From Candidatus Omnitrophota bacterium (lineage in GTDB: Bacteria > Omnitrophota > Omnitrophia > Omnitrophales > Aquincolibacteriaceae), in contig JAKLIQ010000012.1 in assembly GCA_022709525.1 (NCBI GenBank), positions 1 to 63,411 on the forward strand: a DNA stretch of 63,411 nt, given 5' to 3'. This document shows positions 47,828 through 57,276 of the stretch, in pieces (positions within the stretch are counted from its first letter, which is position 1; the number at the start of each line of letters is the position of its first letter). A program made the translations under genes and the position numbers. The notes beneath the pieces are model-generated. The model had not been told where the DNA came from and searched no databases. It saw only the letters and a program-made list of their open reading frames with translations.

Positions 47828-49774
47828 TTACGCGCGAAGCTGTTTTTCCGCGTCCACCACATCCCGGTCGATCAGTTCGCGCGCGCGTCTGGCTTTTGAT
47901 TTAAGGACCGCCGAGGCATGGGGGGCGTTCGCGATCTCCCGCAACAGCTGGATCACCATGCGCAAATAACGCACGAGACTTCCTTCGTCGGTTGCCGTCA
48001 TCTGGCAGGTTTTTTCAAAATCCTTGCCTTGCGTCCAAGCTTCGACGGCTCGCGCAAGGTGGAAATGAGGGGGTTTGGTGTAAGGGGTGATCCGGAAATT
48101 GGATTCCCATTTGTGGACCATGCGGTGGTAATGCTGGGTCATTTTAAGAAGTTCGGCGTGCTCTTTGCCGAGCCGCGGCGGCTCGTCATTTTTCCTGGGT
48201 TCGAAAATAAGCCCCGCCAGAAAAACATTCAACTTTGCTTCATCCAGCTGCTCCAGCGCTCCGTCCGTGTACATTTCCGTCAAAAGCAGTTCATAGCCGA
48301 AGATCGACGCCGCGAATTCTCCTTTAATTGTAAGGCCCTGGTCGGTGATATAGCCCATCTCCTGCAGAAGCGCGAGTTTATTTTTAAGAAGTTCCAATCC
48401 TTCCTCCCGCTTCCGTTTGGAGGATTGAAAAAAGTGGAATGAGCGCGGGTAGATCTCAAGAAGCTTGTGCCCGAGCGTCCGGTAAAGATTCAGAAGCGTT
48501 GCGTAAGCGGTGTTGAGCTGGCTTCGGACCGGTTCCGGCCTTCCGTAAAGAATGCGCTCCACTTCGGGGAAGGCGATATCATTGGGATGGATCCGGCAGT
48601 AGACGAATCCTTCCGGGTCCATGCCGCGGCGTCCGGCGCGTCCGGCCATCTGGAAAAAATCGCGGGTCGTAAGAGGTTTAAAACCCGTGCCGTAGAATTT
48701 TTCAAGCTCGTCAAAGACGACCGTGCGCGCCGGCATATTGATCCCGAGCGCGAAGGTTTCCGTCGTAAAGATCAGCTTGATCAGCCGGCTTGTAAAAAGC
48801 CGTTCGATGACCTCTTTGAGCGTCGGCAGCATACCCGCGTGGTGGTAGGCGATCCCTTGCTCGACGAGCGGTCTTATTTCTTCGGCCGTTTTATCGCCGG
48901 TGAGGTCATAGCGCTTCAAAAGTTCGTCGTAAAGGGTCCGGATCTCGCGGCGCTCCGCCTGCCTTAAAAGATCGAAATGCGAAATTTCCCAGGCAAGAAG
49001 GGCCGTACGCTTTCTTCCGAAAGCGAAGTAAAGGGCGGGAAGCTGATCCTGTTCGATCAAATGTCTAAGTATGTCATGAAGCCGGTTGGGCCTTGCGCGC
49101 GGCGGCTGGAACCCGCGGCGTCTTTCGCGGTGGGAAAGCTGCCAATTGTCGCGCTGGAAATAGCCCTCTTTGCGGAGCGATTTGGTGTTCGTAAGGATCT
49201 TGCCTTGGCATTGGAACAGGAAATGAAGGGGAACGGGCCGGTGCGTTTCTTCGATCACGGCGATCGGCCGCTCGTGGATCTGGCGGATCCAGGCCGCGAG
49301 CTCCTGGACGTTCGGGATCGTGGCGCTTAAGGCAAGGATGCGGACCTCCGGCGGCGTGAAAAGGAGCGCTTCCTCCCAGACCGTGCCGCGTTCAACGTCG
49401 TCCAGATAATGAACTTCATCAAAAATGACCCAGCCGATCTTTTGAATGCGTTCGGTATTCTCAAAAAGAGAGTTCCGGTAGATCTCGGTGGTCATGATGA
49501 GGAGCGGCGCCGTCGGATTGATCGAAACATCGCCTGTGAGGATGCCGACGGTCTCTTTGCCGAAGCGGTCCTGAAAATCCCGGAATTTTTGATTACTTAA
49601 GGCCTTGATCGGGGCGGTATAGACCACCTGTTCGTTCCGGGAAAGGGCCTTTTCGACGGCTTTTTCGGCGATCAGGGTTTTCCCCGACCCCGTAGGAGCG
49701 GAGATCAGAAGCGAATGCTCTTTTTCGATCCACTCAATAGCTTGAACTTGGAACGGGTCCAATTGAAAAGACAT
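47828..49774 (-). CDS. Ski2-like DEAD/DEAH-box SF2 helicase
   Basis: APTGSGKT, DEVHYL, SAT, GINMPA, QMAGRAGRRG. Confidence 0.8.
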   Translation of the reverse strand: MSFQLDPFQVQAIEWIEKEHSLLISAPTGSGKTLIAEKAVEKALSRNEQVVYTAPIKALSNQKFRDFQDRFGKETVGILTGDVSINPTAPLLIMTTEIYRNSLFENTERIQKIGWVIFDEVHYLDDVERGTVWEEALLFTPPEVRILALSATIPNVQELAAWIRQIHERPIAVIEETHRPVPLHFLFQCQGKILTNTKSLRKEGYFQRDNWQLSHRERRRGFQPPRARPNRLHDILRHLIEQDQLPALYFAFGRKRTALLAWEISHFDLLRQAERREIRTLYDELLKRYDLTGDKTAEEIRPLVEQGIAYHHAGMLPTLKEVIERLFTSRLIKLIFTTETFALGINMPARTVVFDELEKFYGTGFKPLTTRDFFQMAGRAGRRGMDPEGFVYCRIHPNDIAFPEVERILYGRPEPVRSQLNTAYATLLNLYRTLGHKLLEIYPRSFHFFQSSKRKREEGLELLKNKLALLQEMGYITDQGLTIKGEFAASIFGYELLLTEMYTDGALEQLDEAKLNVFLAGLIFEPRKNDEPPRLGKEHAELLKMTQHYHRMVHKWESNFRITPYTKPPHFHLARAVEAWTQGKDFEKTCQMTATDEGSLVRYLRMVIQLLREIANAPHASAVLKSKARRARELIDRDVVDAEKQLRA

Positions 49775-49957
49775 GGAGGTAGTATAGCTTGAAAGTTATT
49801 AAACCGCGAACGGGAAACAGCGGCCTTCCAGAACGGTTTAACCCGTCAGGATTTGGAGTTTGATTTTGGGCTCCCGGAGGCGTAGACTACTGCGCATTAC
49901 GGTCGGTTTCCCTTCGGGAAATTTGTGATCTTATCCGTTTAAAACAAAAAAAGGAGT

Positions 49958-51400
49958 ATGGGTTTGTCCTTTAAACTCTCTTGCTTTACAAAGCGCCTCG
50001 CCGCTGCGGCGGTTTTGGGTTTTTTCTTCTCACTCGTACCTCCTGTTTTTGCCGAAGACATTACCAATGAAGCTGAAATGGTCCGCCGCGAAACCTTCAC
50101 AGAAAGGCGGACCGCCGGGGTTTCGGAAAAGTCCAAAGAAAAGGAGGCTACCGACAAGTTCAAGACGGGCGTGACTTATCAGGATATCCTTAAGGATCCC
50201 GACAACATTAACCTGAACATCCGTTACGCGCAGGATCAGATCTCCCGCGGAGAACTTGTGAGCGCGGCCGCGACCCTCGAGCGCATTCTCATGCTTAATC
50301 CCAATCTCGCGGATGTGCGTCTTCTCTATGTCGTGGTGCTTTACCGCCTCGACAGTCTCAACGAAGCCCAGAAAGAACTCGATAAACTCAAGACCGTCAA
50401 ACTCCCGCCGGCCCTTCAGGAGCAGGTAGGCGCCTACGAAAAAAAGATCAAGAAAAGGCAGCGCCGGACCCATGTGGGTTTACGTCAAAGCATCGGGTGG
50501 GGCTATGACACTAACCGGAACGCCGCACCTTCCTCAAAGATCCAGCTCGTCAACAATGTCGCGCAAGATCTGGTCGGATCGAATAACCGCCGCGCCGATA
50601 CGCATTTTCTTAATATCTCAAGCTTTGATATCAATCATGATCTCGGATTCCAAGCCGGCCATTCGCTTTTCGGGAATTTTACCTATTATCTTCAAGAGCA
50701 GACGACCGTCGATTCTCTGGATCTCGGATCTTTTCAATACGAGTTGGGCGGGACTTACAAGACCAAGTGGCTCAACTTCACGCCATCCTTTGTTTCCAAC
50801 TATCTTTTTCTTTCGCGGGAAAGTTTCTTGAGGATGCAGGGCGGCAACTTTCTCTTGGACCGCAATCTCAACAAAAAGACAAGAGGGTTCTATAATTTCA
50901 GAATGGAGTATCAGGATTATCTCAATATTTCCGAGAGCACGGATTCCTATAACAGCAAAGGGCCGATGTGCAGCAACATTTGGGGCATTGATTACGCGAT
51001 CCTTCCGACGATGAAATGGACGACCGCGGTCGGATACGCCAGCAAGGACGCCAAACAGCAATATGAGGCCTACGACCGGATCAGTTTGATCAACACGCAC
51101 ACATGGGTTTTGCCCAAAGGCCAGTTCGTCATCAATTCTTTTTACGTGAATTTCGACAATTATGACGACGCCGAACTTTCGGTCGCGAGCCGCATCCGGC
51201 ACGACCGGACTTTCCGGTACCGGGCGACCTACGGCGCCCCGCTTGAGACGCTTTTGATCGGGAAGATCCTTCCAAAACCCCTTAAAGATATCGTTTTTAC
51301 CTTCTCCTACGAATTCTACAGAGCCCTTTCCAGCATCACGAATTACAGCTATACTGATAACAAGTTTCAGTGCATTCTTACCAAACGCCTGGAGTTCTAA
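49958..51400 (+). CDS. outer-membrane protein: N-terminal TPR region plus C-terminal beta-barrel (Slam/DUF560-like)
   Basis: Signal peptide ...VPPVFA-ED, TPR-like helices at about residues 60-165, then about 300 aa of alternating beta pattern starting GWGYDTNRN and ending with an aromatic terminus ...KRLEF. Confidence 0.55.
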   Translation: MGLSFKLSCFTKRLAAAAVLGFFFSLVPPVFAEDITNEAEMVRRETFTERRTAGVSEKSKEKEATDKFKTGVTYQDILKDPDNINLNIRYAQDQISRGELVSAAATLERILMLNPNLADVRLLYVVVLYRLDSLNEAQKELDKLKTVKLPPALQEQVGAYEKKIKKRQRRTHVGLRQSIGWGYDTNRNAAPSSKIQLVNNVAQDLVGSNNRRADTHFLNISSFDINHDLGFQAGHSLFGNFTYYLQEQTTVDSLDLGSFQYELGGTYKTKWLNFTPSFVSNYLFLSRESFLRMQGGNFLLDRNLNKKTRGFYNFRMEYQDYLNISESTDSYNSKGPMCSNIWGIDYAILPTMKWTTAVGYASKDAKQQYEAYDRISLINTHTWVLPKGQFVINSFYVNFDNYDDAELSVASRIRHDRTFRYRATYGAPLETLLIGKILPKPLKDIVFTFSYEFYRALSSITNYSYTDNKFQCILTKRLEF

Positions 51401-51403
51401 GCC

Positions 51404-52876
51404 ATGAAAAAAGCGATCGCCTTTTTCTCCGCGTTTTTTCTCATGTGTTCCACCCCCGCTGTTTTTGCCCAAATGCCGCTTGGCGTCCCCGCGGTGCCGT
51501 CGCCTGCTATTGCCTTGGAGCAGATCGGGGTCGTTGCCGCAGCGCAGGGGAAAGTCGAACTTAAGGCCCCGGGCCAGGTCGGCCGTATCGCTCAAAGCGG
51601 CCAGGCGGTCTATATCGGCGATGAAGTCATGACCGACGATCAAGGCCGTCTTCAGATCCTTCTTCTGGACGAGACCGTTTTTACGATCGGGCCGAACAGT
51701 TCGATCGTCATCGATCAATTTGTTTACGATCCCAAGAACCATTCCGGCGAGATCAAGGCAAGCGTTACCAAAGGCGTTTTCCGCTATGTGTCCGGCAAGA
51801 TCGCGGCCAAAAATCCCAATGCGGTCAAGGTCAGACTCCCCACGGCGACACTTGGTTTTCGCGGAACGATCGTGGGCGGTTCCGTCGGGACGGACGGCCA
51901 GGGGCTTACAGGCCTTTTAGGCCCCGGAAGCAATAACGACGCCGGCGCCCAGAATGGGAGTTTTTCGATCGACGGCGATAATGGCGATCACCAGGATGTC
52001 AACCAGAGCGGTTTCGGGGTTCAGATCGGCGCAGGCGGCAGTCTTTCCAACGTCTTCCAGCTTTCAAACGATCAGGTTAACGGTTTAACCGGCGGATTGG
52101 GCGGAGGCGGCCAGGGAAGCGGCGACCAGGGCGGTGGCTCGGGCGACGAAGGAGGTCTTGGCGGCGATACTAATATGGGCGATCTTTCAGGCGAAAACAA
52201 CTCGCTAACCGGGAATAATTTGGATCTAACTCTTAATAACGAAAATCTCTCAGGCGATCTCATCAATCAGAGCATCCTCGGCGCCCAGAACGCGTTGAAT
52301 GAAAGCGGACAATCCTCCGGTGGCGGATCCTCCTCTCCGTCAGACTCCGTAACCACGATATGCCAGTTACCTCTTGTTTCAGGGGATAGTCTCTATCATT
52401 ATTTCCAAGATTTTACAGCTGGGTTTTCATTCACTAAATATGACACAGAGGACAATCCGACTGTCTATAACGGGGTCTTGAGGGGCTCCATCGACGCGAA
52501 TTTCAATTCTGATACCGCCTATGGAGGCATGGGAGGGTCCAACGGCAGCCATACCTCCTTTGTTGAGATTCGGGTCGACGATATCGGCTTGCAGGACCAT
52601 TGCTTCTTTTCCAATAGGCAAGTTTTTGATCCGCCTTCCGGCGATCCGACCCATGTGAACGCAATATATGAATTTACCGGTACGGGGGATTTAACGGGCG
52701 GAGATTTTACGGCGACCATAAAACTTTTAAATGAAGGTAGCGATATAGCCATCACATCCGATATACAAGTCAGCTATTCAAATGCCGGAGAAGGAACACA
52801 AAACGATACCGGGTCAGGAAGCGTCACAGCCCCTCAATTAGAGGGTCCGACAGACGTTAGCCCCGGCCCTGTCTAA
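51404..52876 (+). CDS. exported FecR-domain protein 1 (with Gly-rich linker and an extra C-terminal domain)
   Basis: Signal peptide; LQILLLDETVFTIGPNS...GVFRYVSGKI...LGFRGT core shared with the next two genes. Confidence 0.75.
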   Translation: MKKAIAFFSAFFLMCSTPAVFAQMPLGVPAVPSPAIALEQIGVVAAAQGKVELKAPGQVGRIAQSGQAVYIGDEVMTDDQGRLQILLLDETVFTIGPNSSIVIDQFVYDPKNHSGEIKASVTKGVFRYVSGKIAAKNPNAVKVRLPTATLGFRGTIVGGSVGTDGQGLTGLLGPGSNNDAGAQNGSFSIDGDNGDHQDVNQSGFGVQIGAGGSLSNVFQLSNDQVNGLTGGLGGGGQGSGDQGGGSGDEGGLGGDTNMGDLSGENNSLTGNNLDLTLNNENLSGDLINQSILGAQNALNESGQSSGGGSSSPSDSVTTICQLPLVSGDSLYHYFQDFTAGFSFTKYDTEDNPTVYNGVLRGSIDANFNSDTAYGGMGGSNGSHTSFVEIRVDDIGLQDHCFFSNRQVFDPPSGDPTHVNAIYEFTGTGDLTGGDFTATIKLLNEGSDIAITSDIQVSYSNAGEGTQNDTGSGSVTAPQLEGPTDVSPGPV

Positions 52877-52910
52877 TTTAAAGTCTCAGTCTGAGACGAA
52901 GGGTTTTAAT

Positions 52911-53828
52911 ATGGAAAATGTGAAAAAAGTTTTTTGGATACTAGTCATTGCCGTCACTGTTTGCGGCATGAGCATCTCCGGCAATTTATTTGCCGAAGCG
53001 GACCAGCCGATGCAGGCGGGGGTCGCGGCGGCGGTGAGCGGCGAAGTCAAAGCCACGACGCCTCCCTCCAAAACCTTTCGCGTGCTTAAAAGCGGCGACC
53101 AGGTGTTCATGGGGGACAAGATCGAAACAGGGCCGGACGGCCAGCTTCAGATCCTGCTTCTTGATCAGACGGTTTTCACGCTCGGCCCTTCGAGCGGTAT
53201 TACGGTCGACGAATTCGTTTATGACCCTTCCAACGACGACGGGAAAGTGAAAGCCAGCATGATGAAAGGGATCTTCCGGGTCGTTTCCGGCAAGGTCGCC
53301 CATAAAAAACCGGAAAATATGTCCGTGGAGCTTCCGGCCGGTTCGATCGGATTTCGCGGCACCAATGTGGCCGGTATTATTGATGGGCAAAAATCACTCG
53401 TAATACTCCTCGGCCCCGTGGGCGCCGGACGTATCTATGTGACGAATATCGTCAATGGCGAAGTCATCAGCGTTGATATCGATGAAGCCGGCAACGCTAC
53501 GATCGTGGACGGCCCTAACAGCGCGCCCGTGCCGGTCTTCCAGGTTTCCGAAGCAGACCTCGCCAGGATCGCTCAAGCCCTTCAGCAGAAAATGTCCGGC
53601 GACAGCGTTTCTGTTTCAGAGTCGGGGGCCGCCGCCGGCGCAGGCGCGGCAAGCGGCACCGTGAACGCCCAGGACCTGCTCAATATTCTGAATGATGTCG
53701 ATGCGATGAACCAGCAAAGCATCCTCGGCGCCCAGAACGCGGCGAATGTTTCCGGCCAACAGGCAGACCGTAAAGATTCCGGCTCCGGCGGGAGTTCCGG
53801 GAGCGGGTATTCGACCATTGGCGGATAA
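52911..53828 (+). CDS. exported FecR-domain protein 2
   Basis: Signal peptide; LQILLLDQTVFTLGPSS...GIFRVVSGKVAHKKPENMSVELPAGSIGFRGT. Confidence 0.75.
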   Translation: MENVKKVFWILVIAVTVCGMSISGNLFAEADQPMQAGVAAAVSGEVKATTPPSKTFRVLKSGDQVFMGDKIETGPDGQLQILLLDQTVFTLGPSSGITVDEFVYDPSNDDGKVKASMMKGIFRVVSGKVAHKKPENMSVELPAGSIGFRGTNVAGIIDGQKSLVILLGPVGAGRIYVTNIVNGEVISVDIDEAGNATIVDGPNSAPVPVFQVSEADLARIAQALQQKMSGDSVSVSESGAAAGAGAASGTVNAQDLLNILNDVDAMNQQSILGAQNAANVSGQQADRKDSGSGGSSGSGYSTIGG

Positions 53829-53850
53829 ATTCCAAGATCGTGCAATCCCA

Positions 53851-53886
53851 AAACAGGCCGAATAGAACGTTCGGCCTGTTTTTTTA
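53851..53886 (+). terminator. rho-independent terminator
   Basis: aaacaggccgaa, 7-nt loop, ttcggcctgttt (12 bp perfect) running into a T-tract. Confidence 0.8.
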
Positions 53887-53911
53887 TGCCCAAATGAGGC
53901 AAGGAGCGGAA

Positions 53912-54814
53912 ATGCGATACGGATTCCTTCGATCGTTTGTTTTAACGGCGTGTCTGAGTTTTGTGGCGGTGACGTGGGGTTTTGCGGCATCCTCTGCCGA
54001 GCATGTTCAGGTGGGTGTGGTCGGCGTGGCCCATGGCCCGGTGGAGGGAATTTCCCCCCAAAGCGGGGCAAAGCTTCTTCGGGCCGGGGACAAGGTTTAC
54101 CTCGACGACGAATTAAGAACGGGAGCGGATGCTCTTCTCCAGATCCTGCTCTTGGACGAGACTGTTTTTACATTAGGTCCCTCCAGCGCCATCCGCGTCA
54201 GCGAATTTGTTCACGATCCTTTAACGCATGAAGGGAAGATCAAAGCGAATGTTATCCAGGGATTTTTCCGGATCGTTTCAGGAAGGATCGCCCACAAAAA
54301 ACCGGAGAACATGTCCGTGGACCTTCCGGCCGGCTCGATCGGTTTCCGGGGGACCCTTGTCGCGGGCAGATCGCAAGGGCTGCGTTCGCTGGTCGTATTA
54401 TTGGGCCCCGTCGGCGCTGACGGAGTTCCTCCGGGGCGCATTGTCGTGGCCAATATCGTGAACGGAGAAAGCGTTTCCGTAGAGGTCAGGGAAAAAGGAT
54501 ACGGGACGGTCATTGAAGGGGCCGGCCTCGCGCCTTTGCCTCCCTTCAAAATACCGGATCAGGAAATGGCCCTTCTTCTGGATGCTTTGGGCCGTAGTAT
54601 GGCCGGGGCAGGCGGAAACGTTTTGGAGAATGCGGGAGGCCTGCCAACGGGCAGCTTCGATTCAAGCGGTATGTTAGGAACTCTGTCCCAGATGTCGCAG
54701 ATGGATGAGTACGCGCAGAGAGCCGCGCAAGGAGGCATGCTCACGCCGCCCCAGATCATGACAACCCCCGTTACTGCCGGCGGCCGCGAGGGCGGCGATG
54801 ATAATAATAATTAA
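53912..54814 (+). CDS. exported FecR-domain protein 3
   Basis: AAGGAG 5 nt before ATG 53912; LQILLLDETVFTLGPSS...GFFRIVSGRIAHKKPENMSVDLPAGSIGFRGT. Confidence 0.75.
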   Translation: MRYGFLRSFVLTACLSFVAVTWGFAASSAEHVQVGVVGVAHGPVEGISPQSGAKLLRAGDKVYLDDELRTGADALLQILLLDETVFTLGPSSAIRVSEFVHDPLTHEGKIKANVIQGFFRIVSGRIAHKKPENMSVDLPAGSIGFRGTLVAGRSQGLRSLVVLLGPVGADGVPPGRIVVANIVNGESVSVEVREKGYGTVIEGAGLAPLPPFKIPDQEMALLLDALGRSMAGAGGNVLENAGGLPTGSFDSSGMLGTLSQMSQMDEYAQRAAQGGMLTPPQIMTTPVTAGGREGGDDNNN

Positions 54815-54866
54815 TATAGCCGGGATTTAAAGAGCCGTTCGACGTTCTTCCAAGAGCAAGAAGGTT

Positions 54867-57059
54867 TTATTTTGATTCGGCGACGGTGACGCCGTCCCAG
54901 TCGGGGGCGGGCGGGGTTTTCTGGTAGGTCCGGATCCGCGAGCCGTAGATCCAGTAAAGAGGATCGAGCGTGATGCCGGAGATCTTCACCTTCAAGCACT
55001 CGTCCAAGGCCTCCGCGGCTTCATTCCAGCGTTGTTCCCGGTAAGCGCCGATCATTTTTTCATGATGGGCCGCCAGCTTTTTAAAATCCTCATTTTCTCT
55101 CAGCATTTCCCCGCCTAAAAGCGCGAAGATCCTGACCGGCTTATTCTTTCCCTTGACCCGGATGAGATCGATCTCAAGTGCCGCGAATCCCGGCGCTACG
55201 GCAACGGTATTTTGGCCCATGATGGCCGTGACGCCATATTGTTTGGAAAGCCCTTCGATCCTTGAGGCGAGGTTCACTTCATCGCCGAGCGCCGTGTAAT
55301 CGAAACGCTGCTCCGATCCCATGTTGCCGACGCAGGCATTTCCCGTATTGATCCCGATCCCGATGCGCACTTCCTCAAATCCCGGAGTGGCCCGGAGGTA
55401 TTCCTGCATCACGAGGGCCGCCTGGCAGGCGTGCAGCGCGTGTTGTTTGTCTTCAAAGGGCGCGTTCCAGAACGCCATGATGCAATCGCCCATGTACTTG
55501 TCGATCGTCCCGCCGTGCTTCAGGATAATATCGGTCATGGGCGTGAGGAAGCTGTTCATGAATTGGGTCAGCTCTTCCGGGGTGAATTTTTCGGCGATCC
55601 CCGTGAAATTCCTGATATCCATAAAAAGAAAGGTCATCGGGCGCATCTCGCCGCCAAGTTTTAGCTGTTGGGGATTTTTGGCGAGTTTTTCAACGAGGGC
55701 GGGGGAAAGATAACGGCCGAAAGCGCCGCGGATCTCGCCGCGCTCTCTTTCCGTGCCGAGAAAATTCAGGAACGAAGACGCCAGGTAGATCCAGAATACG
55801 GCGAAGGAAGGGAAGACCGGATCGATCAAAAAATGCCAATGGACGAACGCATACCAGGAAAATCCAACCGCCGAGGCGATCGCCGCAAGGGCGATCACGG
55901 CGGATCGGACAGCGCCGGCCTTGGGAAGGATCAAGATCAGCAGGATCCCGAGAAGCGTTAGATAGGTGAATTCCAGCCCGGCGGCCCAATCCGGCCGCTC
56001 CAGGAAATCCCCGAGGAACATTTGTTCCACGATCTGCGCCTGAACTTCAACTCCCGCCGCGCGGGGATTGAGCGGTGTGGGGCGCATATCTTTTAGCGCC
56101 ATGGCGCTTCCGCCGACGAAAAGCACTTTTTCTTTTAAATCGATTAGGATCTTGTCGTCCGAAAGGATCTTCCATGCCGGGATGAAACGCTCTTTTTTAT
56201 AACCCGTATCGTAAAGCCAGATCCTGCCGTTGGCGTCGGTCGGCACTTCGAGAAGCCCGGCTTTGATATCGACAAGCCCCGTTTGTTCGCCGAAAGAAGT
56301 TTCGCCTGTCGCGCCGGCCATGGTGATCTTGTAAGTCGAAGCCCCCTGGAAAACGCGAAGGGTTTCGAGGGCCAGCGCGGGATAGAGCGAGTCATTGAGC
56401 CGGAATACCGCCGGAACCCGGCGGACGATCTGGTCCCATTCAGGGCCCATATTGAAGCAACCGTTCCCTTTGGCCGCTTTCTCCAGGATGGGAAGATTCA
56501 CGACAGCGCCCTTGAAAATGGGCCAGATGTAATCGATCGCGCGGTCTTTTGCGGCGCCGTGTTCAAGGAACCCGGCTTTTAAAAGAGGGGTTTTTTTTAA
56601 GGGTTCATTGATAAGCCCGAAGGCAAGGACGACCGGCGCTTTGGAAATAGCTTCCGCAAAAACCTTGTCATGATCGGGGATGAGCGCCAGCTGGGCCCGC
56701 AAAAGCTCGCTGGTGGCGCCTTCTCCCCATAAAGGAAGCATGTTCTCCGGGGAGGTGCGGTCGGGTTCCGGGAAAACACCGTCAAAAGCGATCACGGTGG
56801 CGCCCCCGGAAGCAAGCCGCGAAACAAGTTTCCCCAGGATCGTGCGCGGCCAGGGCCACTGGCCGATCTTTTCGAGACTTTCGTCGTCGATATCGATAAT
56901 GCGCACCGGCGTTTCCTTATAAACACGCGGTTTGATCATCTGAAAAACGTCGAAGACTTTGGCGCGGAATGATTCGATCTGCGAGGGAAAGCTGTACTGG
57001 AGCGCCAGGACGCAAAAAAGGATCAGGGCAGGAATAAGGTAGGAAAGGATTTTGCGCAT
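54867..57059 (-). CDS. CHASE2-domain class III adenylate/guanylate cyclase
   Basis: N-terminal CHASE2 (RIIDIDDESLEKIGQWPWPR...IAFDGVFPEPD), three TM helices, cyclase core (FLFMDIRNFT...GDCIMAFW...IGINTGNACVGNMGS...YTALGDEVNLASR). Confidence 0.9.
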   Translation of the reverse strand: MRKILSYLIPALILFCVLALQYSFPSQIESFRAKVFDVFQMIKPRVYKETPVRIIDIDDESLEKIGQWPWPRTILGKLVSRLASGGATVIAFDGVFPEPDRTSPENMLPLWGEGATSELLRAQLALIPDHDKVFAEAISKAPVVLAFGLINEPLKKTPLLKAGFLEHGAAKDRAIDYIWPIFKGAVVNLPILEKAAKGNGCFNMGPEWDQIVRRVPAVFRLNDSLYPALALETLRVFQGASTYKITMAGATGETSFGEQTGLVDIKAGLLEVPTDANGRIWLYDTGYKKERFIPAWKILSDDKILIDLKEKVLFVGGSAMALKDMRPTPLNPRAAGVEVQAQIVEQMFLGDFLERPDWAAGLEFTYLTLLGILLILILPKAGAVRSAVIALAAIASAVGFSWYAFVHWHFLIDPVFPSFAVFWIYLASSFLNFLGTERERGEIRGAFGRYLSPALVEKLAKNPQQLKLGGEMRPMTFLFMDIRNFTGIAEKFTPEELTQFMNSFLTPMTDIILKHGGTIDKYMGDCIMAFWNAPFEDKQHALHACQAALVMQEYLRATPGFEEVRIGIGINTGNACVGNMGSEQRFDYTALGDEVNLASRIEGLSKQYGVTAIMGQNTVAVAPGFAALEIDLIRVKGKNKPVRIFALLGGEMLRENEDFKKLAAHHEKMIGAYREQRWNEAAEALDECLKVKISGITLDPLYWIYGSRIRTYQKTPPAPDWDGVTVAESK

Positions 57060-57147
57060 GGGGGATTATAGCTTTTTTCGCGCAAAGCGCAACGTACTAC
57101 CTGCCTACCGGCGAGGCAGGCGCGCAACGCCTTGTTCGAAAAAGACA

Positions 57148-57224
57148 GGGACTCGTTACTCGTTCCTCGGGGTTCGCATTGGTTCCTCGTTTTTCCGAGT
57201 CCCGAATCCCGAGCTACGAGTCCC
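57148..57224. repeat. heptad-periodic hairpin element, flavour C (inverted relative to 37482 copy), in a divergent intergenic region
   Basis: gggactc gttactc gttcctc ggggttc (57148-57175); partner gagtccc gaatccc gagctac gagtccc (57197-57224). Confidence 0.7.
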
Positions 57225-57276
57225 GCCAAGAATGCGGCTTCTTGCATTCTTGGAAGAGATTCATTAATATCTTGCC

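Noticed and set aside
52079-52170. The Gly-rich coding stretch as a tandem-repeat contingency locus
   Set aside because: The GGC/GGA codons are irregular, with no perfect nucleotide repeat unit that would promote slippage.
53912-53990. LTAC in FecR paralogue 3 (and LMC / TVC in paralogues 1 and 2) as lipoprotein lipoboxes, which would fit Slam cargo
   Set aside because: The Cys sits only 13 residues in, with a further hydrophobic stretch and an AxA-type site after it, so signal peptidase I cleavage is at least as likely. It cannot be decided by eye.
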